This document shows positions 19,609 to 31,912 of a stretch of DNA of 64,000 nt, one piece after another. A program made the translations under genes and the position numbers. The DNA comes from Schizochytrium sp. TIO01 (Eukaryota; Protista; Bigyra: Labyrinthulomycetes). Every line of letters begins with the position of its first letter. The stretch's first letter is position 1. The DNA lies in contig SMSO01000034.1 in NCBI GenBank assembly GCA_004764695.1, positions 1,798,001-1,862,000 on the forward strand. Direction: 5' to 3'. The notes under the pieces are model-generated. The model was not told the DNA's origin. It worked only from the letters and a program-made list of their open reading frames with translations, and did not search any database.

Positions 19609-21706
19609 CAATGAACGATTGTTTCTTTCGATCATCTGCTCGAGCAAGACGCCAGCCACAAGCGATGAGAAAGAATGCTGAGGCCGGCCAGCGAGCTGCT
19701 CTGGCGTGTCTTTCCGGCCGCCGCGGGGACTTGTGCCAGTCACAGGTGCAGCGATCACAGGCGGCGTCACAGGTGGTCAGGTCCTTGTACTCGATAACTT
19801 GGGTCGTGGCTAGCGAAGTCTTAGGTGGGGGTACACATGAAAACAGCTCCTTATTGTGAACAATCATTGGGATACAGGAAAGAATGAAAGAATGAAAGAA
19901 AGCTGTCATGGATTTACACATAAAGATGGCATGCACATCGTTGAAGGCCTGAGTTTGGTTGGGTCCTTCTTGTTGCCACGGAGGAGGGCCTGGTGGCATC
20001 GGGCAGAGAAGAGCACAAGCACCAGGTAGACAATAGCTAGCTAGCTAGCTATAGCTGCCTTGGAACCTGCCTACCTACCTACACATGAAATTATAAAATT
20101 GTGTATCCTCGCTCCTGCGGCTATTCAGCTGCCAAGGGCTTCCTGGCACAGAGACGATACGATGGAATGCTTCCTTTGGACTTGCTCGAACTCCATTGGA
20201 TTACATTGATCTGCATCCCATCCCATCCATCCGTGTTCAATGGCTCTCATTCGTGGCGACAGACTTTGGCTACTTTTACTCTTGCACTGCCTGCCCGCCT
20301 ACGCAGCAAAGCGCGCGAAGTAATGCAATGCAATGCAATGCAATGTCTTTGGCCATTGTCAAAGCCACGACGCCCCAAATCCACAAAGACCTTGAGATCT
20401 ACGTGCTCGTGGGATGGAGAACTCGAGCGCCCTTGGACATCGATAAATCATCGATCGAAAATCAATCCATTGCTCGATGAAGCCACGCGAGCGAGCGAAC
20501 CAGCGAGCAGAAAGTCGATCGCAGCCTCCTTTGTCTTCGCAGTCGCTTCTGTCCGCTTCGGCGCCTGCCTCCGTCGCGGGGTCGGCCAAAGAGAGCGGAG
20601 CCGTTCGCTCGATGGTTGTCTAATCAGGCGTCGTGGCTTTTGGCGAGAGAGCGACCTGTGGACCTGAAGAGCCCTCTAGGCACCCGCGAGGCACGCGAGG
20701 CGATGCGGGACGGCCACGTACGGGCCTCAGGGCGCGCGCGAGCGCCTAGGAGTCCTGGCTTTGTCCCATCGCAGCGAGCGTAGTCCCGGGCGCGAGACCA
20801 ACTGGGTCGAAGATCATATAACGAAGAAGTTAGTGTCAGTGAAAAGAAAAATGAAAATAATGAAAGTAGAGTAAATAACTAAAAAAAGCATTCATTCTTC
20901 ACTCCCCAAAGCAATTTGAACCCAATTTTGCAAAAGTTCACAGACCCCCAAAAGGGAAGTTGACTTGAAAATTCGAAAAAAAATAGAGTTGAACTCCAGT
21001 CATGGCTTAAAGCAGTATTGAATAAAATTAAAATAAAGAAAAGAATTACAATTATGTAAGTAACTTGGAGTAAACAAACAAACAAACAAACAAACAAACC
21101 TACAAACAAATAAATAAATGATCCATAGAGCTTCATTTGGAAATGGAATCGATCCAGCCTTATCATACCTTCCAGGCTCGCGTGGGGCCAGAGCGACCTT
21201 GGTTCTCTCGATCGTGACAAGGAGTACGCACAGCTAGCTGCATTCTTCTTCTTGATTGGCACGCCAGTCTCTTTGAATTTTCAAAGGGCTCTCTCTCTCT
21301 AACAATAAAACAACCCCAAACAAAAAATGCCAAGCCCTTCCCTTCGACATCGCGAAGCAGCTGAGGAAAAGGCCTCCCAGAGAGTCTTTCTGGTCGGTCA
21401 GTCAGTCTGAGCTCCATTGTTTCAAACAAACCGCCACTACTGCTACCTAGGCCCTTGATAGTGTGCAAGCTTTGTCCCTCTATAGCTGCGGGGCTGCGGG
21501 GTGTAATGAGAGGACGGGCTGCGGGGCTGCGAGGACTGGCTGGACTCGGAGCCCCTGAGGTACCTATTTTCTTATCTTCTCGTTCTTTGCGTCTTTCTTT
21601 GGGGGCTGGCCTGCCTGCCAACCAATCGAACGAGTAATTAATTCGAAGCGAGCTCGTTCTTCTCCGTTTATTCGTGTACTCGTCTCCAATTTATGGCCCT
21701 CGAGAG

Positions 21707-21873
21707 TGAATAAATAAATAAATAAATAAATAGATGAACCAATGAATAAATAAATAATTAATTAAATGAACCAATAAATAAATGAATGAATGAATGAATG
21801 AATGAATGAATAAATGGGTGGATGGATGGATGGATGGATGGATGATAACTGATTGATTAATTGATTGATTGAT
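21707..21873. repeat. Compound microsatellite (AAAT)-(GAAT)-(GGAT)-(GATT)
   Basis: Direct reading. Confidence 0.9.
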
Positions 21874-22281
21874 TGCCACCGTCAGTTTGGATAGACCCTC
21901 ACTGTAAAGTAGCACGAGGAAACGGAGAAGAAAGCGAACTAACAACTCACTGAGCAGTAGTGAAGTTCGCAGACTGCACCGAGCCAGCTAGCCATGGCGA
22001 ACGTGCCTCACTCCTATCCTGGATCCTCGAGGAGCACAGGAAACGATTGAAGACGCCAGCCATGCAGCTGTAGAGTGAATGCTTTTTAAATTGAATTGAA
22101 TTAAACTATTTTTAACTTATTTCAATACGACGAATTGTGAAGTGAAGTGAGGCGAAGTAAACGAGTGAGTGAGGTATTTATTGATTCATGAGCCACGAAT
22201 TCATCCTCCGATCGATCGTTTTTTAAAAAAGCAATCGACCAGTCATTCAATTTTATAAACTAAGGATACCTGCTATTATAA

Positions 22282-22338
22282 CAAACTCAAACTCAAACTC
22301 AAACTCAACTTAAACTCTCAAACTCAAACTCAAACTCA
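22282..22338. repeat. (AAACTC)n hexanucleotide tract
   Basis: Direct reading, imperfect. Confidence 0.85.
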
Positions 22339-25300
22339 ATCAGTTGTCAGTTGGTCAGTTAGGGCGTACTGCTACGCAGTGGAAGATCGACAGTTTGCGA
22401 TTCGCAGCCATCCGGCTGTTTTGGGTCGGCCGTCCAGCTTGGGAAAGAATGTAATCAATTGAAAGCCCCCCAAAACTTACTCGCTTACTTACTTCACGGA
22501 GGACCCGAAGCTACAGTTAGGCGCCTGCTTAGGAGTATTACGTCCAAGGAGAGGCTTCCCGGATTATTCGACAGAGATCGCCAATTCATGAGTATTACCT
22601 CAAAAGCAGGCAAACAAACAAACAAAATGAATAAATACACATCTTCTGCTCGTACAATGGTGATGGTGATGATGATTGCCACGATTCCGGTTCCCGAGCT
22701 GCTGTCGACCGCTCCCTCGGCGCAGCTGAAAGACGAGGAGCGAGCTCGAGGCGCGGAGGCCAGCCAGCGAGCGATTAGTTATCCTGGGCGCATTCCACTC
22801 ATGCAAACAACAGGCCGGAAGCACGGCATCTCTGAGCAGCTCGAGGAAACGGGCATTTTTAATCACAGTTCTACTAAAGCGCCGCAGACAGGTTGTGCTA
22901 TTCCTTGTAGACGCGTTGTATCAACAGAACTGTTGCTAGTACTAGCAACTTTAAGCAAAGAAGTGAGCAGGTATGCATGCTTAGAGTTCGGGCGGCGTCG
23001 ACGGTTTTCACAACTTTGTAAAAACGTAACTCTATTTATTATATATTTATTTACAAATTTATATATTTATTTATATATTTGTTTATATATTGCTTGGGGG
23101 GTTCAGATGGGCCCTAATGAAAGAACGCAGCGAGCGACTGCTCTTGGATCACCATTGTGAAGATGTGGCAAACCAAAGCAAATCAGGTCAAAACTCAAAC
23201 TACCTGGGACAAAAGCAACGGCCGTGATGGCAGAGGGGTAAGTGAATGAGTGAAGGGCGAAGCAAGAACAAGAACAATAACAATAACAATAACATTCCAC
23301 ATTCCCCTGTTTTTCCTTTTTTGTTTAAAAATTAAAATAAATGATAAATAACGTTTTAAACAACAAGGAATAAGCAGAAGGGCGAGCACGTGCCGCCGCT
23401 GGGGCGACGCGAGGCCAAAGTGGCATATACCTAGGAAGCTGCGGCAACTGCAGATTACTTTCAACTAATTAGCCAATCAATCATTCAATCAATCAATTAT
23501 CACTTCGTTCGCTCCTCTGGTCGGCTAAAAGGCGCTGTAGCAAGGGCCGCTTCCGGTGATGTCTGAAAGAAGAGATGCGGCCTTTGCTGTTCAAGTTAGC
23601 ATAATATATGGAGGAACCTGTGTTACCTAAATACTATATTTTTAAAATTACTTTAAAAAAAGAAATTCTGAAATGTAGGCCTATATATAAACAGACTGAC
23701 AGAAAAAATGAGAAAAGGGAAGAAAGAATAGTACTGAAGCATAAGAAACATGGCTCCTGCGACCATTCTCTTCTTGGAAAATGACAATTGGTGCAGATAA
23801 ATGGTGGGGACTACGACCGATGTCCGTGCGCTCGTGCCGAAGAGGGTTTTGTTTAAGCATGATCTAGTTTGTTTGTTTATTCATTTATTGAAGAGCGGAG
23901 AATGTTCTTTGGCGAGTGCCTTTTCAAGTGAAAACATGTGTACATATCTTCATATACTTGAAGCAGTAAGAGGCAAGGAAGTAAAAAACGAATTAAAAGA
24001 AAAGGGGGTAAAATCTGTGACTGATAAATGCGTTGCTTTGAAATTGATCTCTAGATTATAGATTCTATGCTTGATTTTAGAGAGTTGGGCGTTCATGGGT
24101 GGGGATCGTTGAATTGAATTCGCGTCGAGAATGCCTCGATTTGCTTATCGATGGTTTTCCCCTTGTGATTACAAGTTCAATCAACTGCATTTTCAACTTC
24201 TGAAGCTTCCTCCCCACCCATTCCTTCCTAGTGTTCTCTTGTTCTATCCAGAGGGGGCGGTAGCGCTGTTTTGGAAACCAGGTTCCCAGCAGGTCAATTC
24301 ATTCATTCATTCATTCATTCGTTCGTTCATTGTTTTTTATTTTTTATTTTGATTGTGACAAGGGATTGCATGAATTCATTGATTGATTGGTTGATTGATT
24401 GGTATGGTGGGATAGTACACTAGTAGGTGCATGTCTATTCATAATTACCTAATTCATAATCAAAATAATTTTAAAAAATCAATGTTTCTCCTTTTTGTTT
24501 TCAACTTTTGAGTTTTCGAAATAATAAAATACACTTCACATTCATGATAGCCATATGGGTAACTAGGGCAAAAAGCCAAAAACTTTGAATTTAAATTTTA
24601 TTGTATTTTACTGTGCATGTATTAAACTTAAAAGGCAGGCCTTTTTTTTCCCTCTCCTAAACTTAAGTTTGGTAAAGAAGACTCTGATTATAAAACAACC
24701 AATAGATAACATAGGCGGCCTTCTCTTTCTTTTAAAATTTATATTTATTTCCTCCTCCTCACAAGAACTTGAGAAAGTTTCCTGTTTCACATTTATATGA
24801 AATGGTAACAAAAACAACAAATTGTACTTTAAATGTTAAAAAAAGAAAAAGAAAAAGAAAAAGAAAAACAGAGGTTGAAAATTAGCTGCGCTTCTTATGA
24901 ATTTCTTTTTGGTAGCGGCAGCCAAAAAATAGCGTTCGGAAGGTGCACGCGGACACTCGAGTATAGGCCGAAGATCGAGTGTGGAGTGCCTTTCTCTGTC
25001 TCTCTTCTTTCGCGCTCCGTTGTGCAAAGAAAGAACAATACAATATAATAAGTTCGAGATCCTTCCGGCCTGAGAAACCAATACGATGTGGCTGCTTTGC
25101 GCAAGACCTGAACCCGAGGCAACGAAGCAGCAGAGCGAAGGCCATAATAGCAGTGCCTGGCACGAAGCGCTTGATTTGATGGCGTGCGTACGTACATACA
25201 TAAATGCCGGCCTAGCTAGGTAGGAGTATCTATATATGTATGTATATCTGGCAATGAGTGAATAGTAATAAGAATAAGTGCTGACTTCTTTATTTATTTG

Positions 25301-28300
25301 TTTGCTTGTTTGTTTTTTAGTTTCTGTCTATCTTGAGAATATGTATGAAAGAAAGAGCGACCACATTGAACTTAAGGGATGGAAGAGCAGCGATTGACGG
25401 ATGCATCGAAGCTGAGGCACTTTGAAGGTTGGACTTCGTGGGTTTACGGAGGCAGTGGGTGAGAGAGAGGGGGAGAGAGAATGGGTGAGTGTTTGGATGA
25501 ATGAGTACGGAATGCAAACTCGAGTTAGCTGGATGTGGCACGCGAAACGAAGATGGCAAAGTGCTCTGGACTTTGGATGATGATGTTTCTTTGCACTCGG
25601 CTCCTTTCCTTTCTTCCTCATTCGTCGTTAGTAGTCGCGGAGGATGGCATACTCGTTCATTCAATTCCAATTATGAATGTGACGTGATGACAAATAGAAC
25701 CTGAGGGAATCGATACCGTGCAGCACTCTTGAGGGTCACCAAGCAAAGTCTGGAGAACTCTCCTTCTCTTGAAGATAAATCATGCCCAGTGCCCACATTG
25801 TACACATGCATATATATGTATGTATATTCATTATTTGTGGGTACATGATGCTAAATTAAGAACTTGCAAGTGAACTTATTTATTCAAGTTGGTCTATTAT
25901 TTATTTATGTTAAATCAAAAACTAAATATAAATGCAATATAAATTGGTGACAAACTAATACACAAACTCGAACAAGGCCCAAGAGGGAAGGAATATGGCT
26001 TTCTTTTGTTATTGGGACGTGACCTGATTAAAGACCAACAGTGTTACTGTGCATCTCTACTTTCGCCGGAGCCTTGACTCGAAGACAGGGAACCACCTCA
26101 CCATACTCCATATTCCATACACATTCCTGAAACACCCACGCGTCCCGACTCGTAAAAAACGGGGTTTTGTGCTTTCAACAAAACGACTGTAGGGTAGCAG
26201 AAGCACGAGATTACAGCCAATGAAATGCCCTTGCTCTGCACAACTTGAGTAAAATGCGTAAAGACAGCCAAAAAAGTCTCCAAACTAAACCAAAAACTTA
26301 CCTCCAAACGCTTCGATCCGCGACGAAGGAGGGCCACGGACGCATCTAGCTGGCCCTGTTCACGATGTATATGCTGACTTTGCCGGCCTCTTGGGTTTCC
26401 TCCATCTCCCGGTCGTCCGTTCTCTCTCTGACCTAGTGGAGCACGTGCAGACACTTCTAGGTAGTAGGTATAGTTAAGTTACCCAATACAGCATGAATGA
26501 AAATAGCGGTGTGTATCTAAAATCAAAGCAAATTCGATTTAACCATACATACATAGCATAGCGGTTCCTGTCTACCCGTAACTCTAGGCTAGGTAGTCTG
26601 AAAGCAGTAAACGAACTCGGACGAAGCAGCACATGCAAAGCTTTGCGAGACAAACTCGGAGAGCCGAGACGGCATCGAAGAGAGATGGAGAACAGAGCTG
26701 CGTGCGCGAGTGACCACGTGAGAGCAGAGCCAGAGAAGACAAGCTTGTCAGCAAGCAAGTAAGCAAGCAGAGAAGCAGGTAAGCATGTAAGAATGAAAGT
26801 TCTCCTTTTATATTAGCTGATAATGAGGACAGTGAGCGTGCACGTGACGGCACCTTTTTCCCAAGTCCTTTTCGTACCTTAAAAGTAACTAAAAAGCAAA
26901 CTCCATAAATACCAGAGGAAATGGCTTCTGGCAATAGAAGATGTAGGTATCATTAAGTGCGACGTTTGATGTCGCTCCTCTTTGCCTTTTGAGTCCTGCA
27001 GATTAGTTAGCTTGCTTGTTTTTAGAAAATGCTGTACTATATGAGTAGGTACTGATATTCATCGGAAAGGTCTGCCTGGTACTCAAGCTCGAAGAAACTC
27101 TCTCACACTGCTGAGCAAGAGCCTGAAAGGGGGAAGGAACCAGCTGGAGAGCTACTAGTACTACTACCTAGATAGCTAGCTAGCCAGCTAATAATGAGTG
27201 ATTGATTATTTTGGCTTGAGTTTCAACTATTTTTATTAAGAGATTTAAAAAGGAGTTGCCTCTGACTGGCTAGTGAGAAAGGTGGTATGATCATGGGTGA
27301 GCACAGTGCAGTGCACTCCTCTGCTTTCTAGTCTAGAGACTGAAGCAGGATTCATTCATTTATTTATTCATGCCTTCCTTTCCATTCCTTTCCTTTCCTT
27401 TCCTTTCGCTTTAGCTAGCTAGCTAGCGACTCAATGGCGTGGCGTCTATCATGCGATGTGATGCTAAGCTCACCAACTTCAAGTTGAACTTACTTGAGTA
27501 TTATGCGGACTTCCTTCCATCTTCGGTAAATAGAGCTCTCACTCTACTGGAAAAGAGGAGGAAACACGATGATGGGAAAGAAAACATTTCCTTTTTTAGC
27601 TCTAGCCAGAGAGAGGGAGATGAAAGGAATCTCGTACGCGACCTTCGTTGCTCACTGCGTACAGGCAGCATGGTGTAGTAAGGTACGCACGTAGATTATC
27701 TGCCATGCGTACCAGTGGCTGGGTGAGAGGCGAGCGGGCTTGAGGAGCAATTATTCATCGTGTCCGGAGACTGAATGGAGCAGTGAAGAGTGGCTATTGA
27801 AAGCCATAGAAAGAAAGTCATGAGCCGGAGGAGCAAGTTTTTCACATTGCTCTCGATCAAGTTCAGAAAATGCCCGTGCGCTTCCTCTTTTTCTACTCCT
27901 TTGAGTATACCACTTATTTGTCTTCCTCTTTGCAGAGCAGACAGATCAAAGGATTAAAGGCGAACCATCGTGAATCCAATCGAATTCTTTCGATTTAGTA
28001 TTTTTATTTTTTACTATTAGTTAATGTAAAAGAAGACCGCCATTCTCGAGTACGCGTTTGATCATTAAAAAATAAACTTAAAAAAATACATTGTATCTGT
28101 ATTAAAAACGTTATTTAATAAGTTATAGGAAAAAAAGATGTCTTTCATCGATTTCCGCACATGAATGAAAAAGAAATGTATTTAAAAATAGTTATTTAAC
28201 AATTTAAATAAATATTAAAAGAAAGGCCTTTGTATTTCATTTCATTTTATTCAGAGTGGTATTTTATTTTATTTTGATGATCGTCATTTTCTTGAACTTA

Positions 28301-31221
28301 GAAAAAAAAAAATAAAGTGAAGAAGAATAAATACCTTTGAATTTAAAAAGATTGTTAACAGGCGACTTTTTTCTTCTTCTTTTCTTTTTTCTTTCTTTTG
28401 TGATAGCCTGTGCTCTGGAATGAAAAGCAAATTGGCGAATAATGCTTATTATTATGACAAACATATAATCGAAGGCAGGCCTCTTTAGGATTTGCATACC
28501 TTCAAATGCATTGGCCATACACAAAGGAGAATCATAAGCATATAGATGATGTTAAATTAAAAAAAAGAATTTCTCAAGATCATCTGATAACTCGCGAATG
28601 AAAGCCCGCCTCTTCAATTCTTCTCCCTATAACTACTGTGTGAGCTCGCAAATCTATAAACGAACGGCGAAAGCACTAAAAATAGGCGTTTCCTCGCATG
28701 GTCTATGCATGATCTGCTCCATTCACGTGCTCCGCCCTGCTGCCCAAAAAAAAAAATATCAAAAAATACAATACATGCATAATCGTTGCTAAGCAAGCGC
28801 GAGCTTCTAGTAAAAAGATGATGAGCTTTCTGCCTGTTTGTTTGTTTGTATGCCGCTCTTGGTACTGGAAATTTGCAGTGGCGACCATTTTAACTGCCGT
28901 GGCAAACTAGTTCCATCTGAGTTTAAGCAAGTCCATTTGTCCAACTTGAAGTCCCGCCGTTCACTTTGCGAGGATGGCGACTGTTATATCATCGATATGA
29001 ACAAATAATTGTACAAATTGTAGGATTGCATTGTGGCCAGTGCACAAACGGAGAAGGGAGACTTTGATAGGCATAGTGGTCTCGATAGCTAATAGGTGGT
29101 TAGTTACCTGTAGGAGATGTGTTCTTCCGAATTAAAAAAAAAAAAGAAAAGAAAAGATTCCATTTCAGGATGGAAGCAAACGTGATTTTGCGAGAACTCA
29201 ACAGGACGAGGGTTTTATAAGGGCTGGCTTCAGATAGTTTAGCACACACGAAAGAAATCCTTCCATCAGAGCAATACTTAGAACAGAATTTGCTATAGAG
29301 TTCCAAGCCGGTCCAGTGAGGGAAACAATAATTACAATTTTTTAAAAGCCTGCCTCCGTAATCCAAAGCAGCCTCACAATTTGTAAATAAAACGACGAAA
29401 ATAGAGTTACAGCGCAGCGAAAGTAGAGACAATACAACATAGAGCGCAAAGCGGGGGAGACACCTTGTATGCATTTGTGAGCCGTTCGAACTGACCGTCT
29501 CATTGGCCACCCAAGAACCATCTCAAGAGTAGCAGCTTTGCACGAACCGACAAAGATTGGGCGCCTTCAGATGCGGATCTTCGTTGTGGTGATCTCTACA
29601 ACTTCTAAATAATTCAACAAATTACATGGAGTAGGAATTTTTCAAAAAGATCCATGTTTTTTAAGAACAATCATTTGTAATGATGAAGCGCTGTAAATCA
29701 TGAACATCTTTGACGAGCAGGGGAGAAACAGATAATGCGGAGTATTTAAAGATCAGTCACTACCCACAACTCACCTTCGCTCAGACATGAGAGCGACGAT
29801 TCGGAGTCTTTCTATAATGCTATGCTCTTCAAACAGACTAAGGCTTGACTCACTCAGAAAGACGCGTTTCATAGAAATCGTTACGGCAGATCTGTACCTT
29901 TAAGAAAGAAAATCTTCGTGGCCAATACATGTCCACATCTTCGAGTGCCCTGAAAAAATAAATAAATAACACTTCACATTGGCTGTCTCTGTTTTGTGGC
30001 GACCCGCCTGCAGAGAACCTTGATCCATACTCGTCAAGAGCTTTTTAGTGACTTGCCCTCGGTAATCCGCCTCAAAATTCTGCCCATGCGCGTCTCACAA
30101 TCAAGCCATCGGAATTCCGTGCCTTCTTTATAGATAAAATAGTATTCAAGAATTGAAATTACAAGTATGTGCTTCTTCACTTGCCTCGCGTGCTGTTGGC
30201 ACGTCGCCTCGCTCGGATAACGGTCTTAGACGCAGAGCCACACAGAGTAGTCCAATATCAATCAATGCCAGTTGTCCCAATCAAAGAAAAGTTTACGATG
30301 GAATTGAATCCATAGGAAAGCACGTCAAAGCGTCCACTCTCACTGCCCAGAGGCTATAGTTACGAGTTTCTTGGAACTGGGCAACAAACAGCGCAAGGCA
30401 CATGCGCCTAAAGTATCACTTTGATGTGTATTTCACTATTACCATTAAATTAAAAGTAGACCTTAAAATATGTTTTTAATTAATTAATTAATTAATTTTC
30501 TTTTTAAATGATGGTGGATGACTTTAAACTTTGGGCGGGCTCTCAATGTGAACCTCCACAAGCCGACCAAATTGGACTAGCAGAGCTGCGTCTTACCTAC
30601 ACTGTCTGTAAGAGCGAGTCGATACCAAGTCCACCGTTCCCAGAGCGGCCTCGAGCACCTCTTCGCACTCCGGGAAACCTCCCTCTGCTTTGTTTAGGAG
30701 GGGTCGCAAAGGTTGGACAAGATGGCAGTAACTAAGTTACCATGATTTGTTGATTTGTAGGTCCCTCTCATGCCTCATTTCAGCTATTTGGGTATGATGG
30801 ACAAATAAATAAATAAAACAATAAACAAACTCGTGGCCGAATAACGACGTCGATTCGTGAGGTCCTTCAAATCCACGTGTTACCTTACAACTCAGCCTCA
30901 CCAGCTCATACGGAGCACAAGGTCCTAGATCCTGAGCTGTCCTGTCGCAACTCTGAGGCCTCCACTGCGTGAGCAAAGCCACACGTCGGACCACTCACGC
31001 CATCTGTCGCTATTGGCGGAGCGAAGGAGAATCGTCAGAAGTCACACACATTTCCACCATAGTAGGCGTTGTCTATACGCATTACAGCGACTGGAAGCCT
31101 ATGTCTCATGTTCGCTCAAACAAATGGGTGCCCATCTATCCATGTTTAATGCATTCATTCATTCATTCATTCATTCATTCAATTAAACCAAACTGTGTAT
31201 GCGAAACAAAGACAAAGGTAT

Positions 31222-31263
<42 letters not shown>
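31222..31263. repeat. (AAAG)10 microsatellite
   Basis: Direct reading. Confidence 0.9.
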
Positions 31264-31869
31264 GAAAAAAGGTGAAAACCGTGGCGTTACCTGCGCAGAC
31301 GTTCTTCTACACGCGAGAAACGAAGCCTGCTTTCGAGCGCACGCCAGCGATTGAGAGAGCTTTCGGTCCCGAAGGTAGTTTTCAGTTGGTTAGTTAGTCA
31401 CTCATTAATCAATCAGTTGGTTGCTTAGTTAGTTACGAAGCTCGGAGCTCAGAGGAGACTGGACCTCCGAGGGGGAGCCAGTCCACGCAAACAAACACAG
31501 AAAAGAGAAATGAATGAAATTGCCATTCTGTACATGGGAGGGGAGGTCCTAGCGGGTGCACTAGCAGGCGCTAGCCAGAGGGAAGGAAGACCAGCTAGCT
31601 AGCTATAGCTACACTTAAAATCTTCACGTTGATTGAAAAAGAAGAAGAGAGCAGGGATGGAGAGACGCTTCGGGGAAAGACGTGCACAAGGAGAAGAGGT
31701 CGGGCTACTCGTAGCACTTGTCCGGTGCACTTACTCGCTTCTTCCGGCGAAATGAAAGAAAGCTAGCTTCGTGCCACTTGTTGTTTCAGGAAAGGCGAAA
31801 CTCCGTGCGAAATTGGATTGATTGTGTGCTTTGTTGAAAAATGAATAAAAATAAAATGTTAAATTGATG

Positions 31870-31870
<1 letters not shown>

Positions 31871-31912
<42 letters not shown>
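31871..31912. repeat. Poly(T)42 homopolymer
   Basis: Direct reading; longest mononucleotide run in the window. Confidence 0.95.

Noticed and set aside
22459-23160. 233-aa ORF, the longest in the desert
   Set aside because: TTG start, runs through microsatellite and AT tracts, no codon bias or domain evident.
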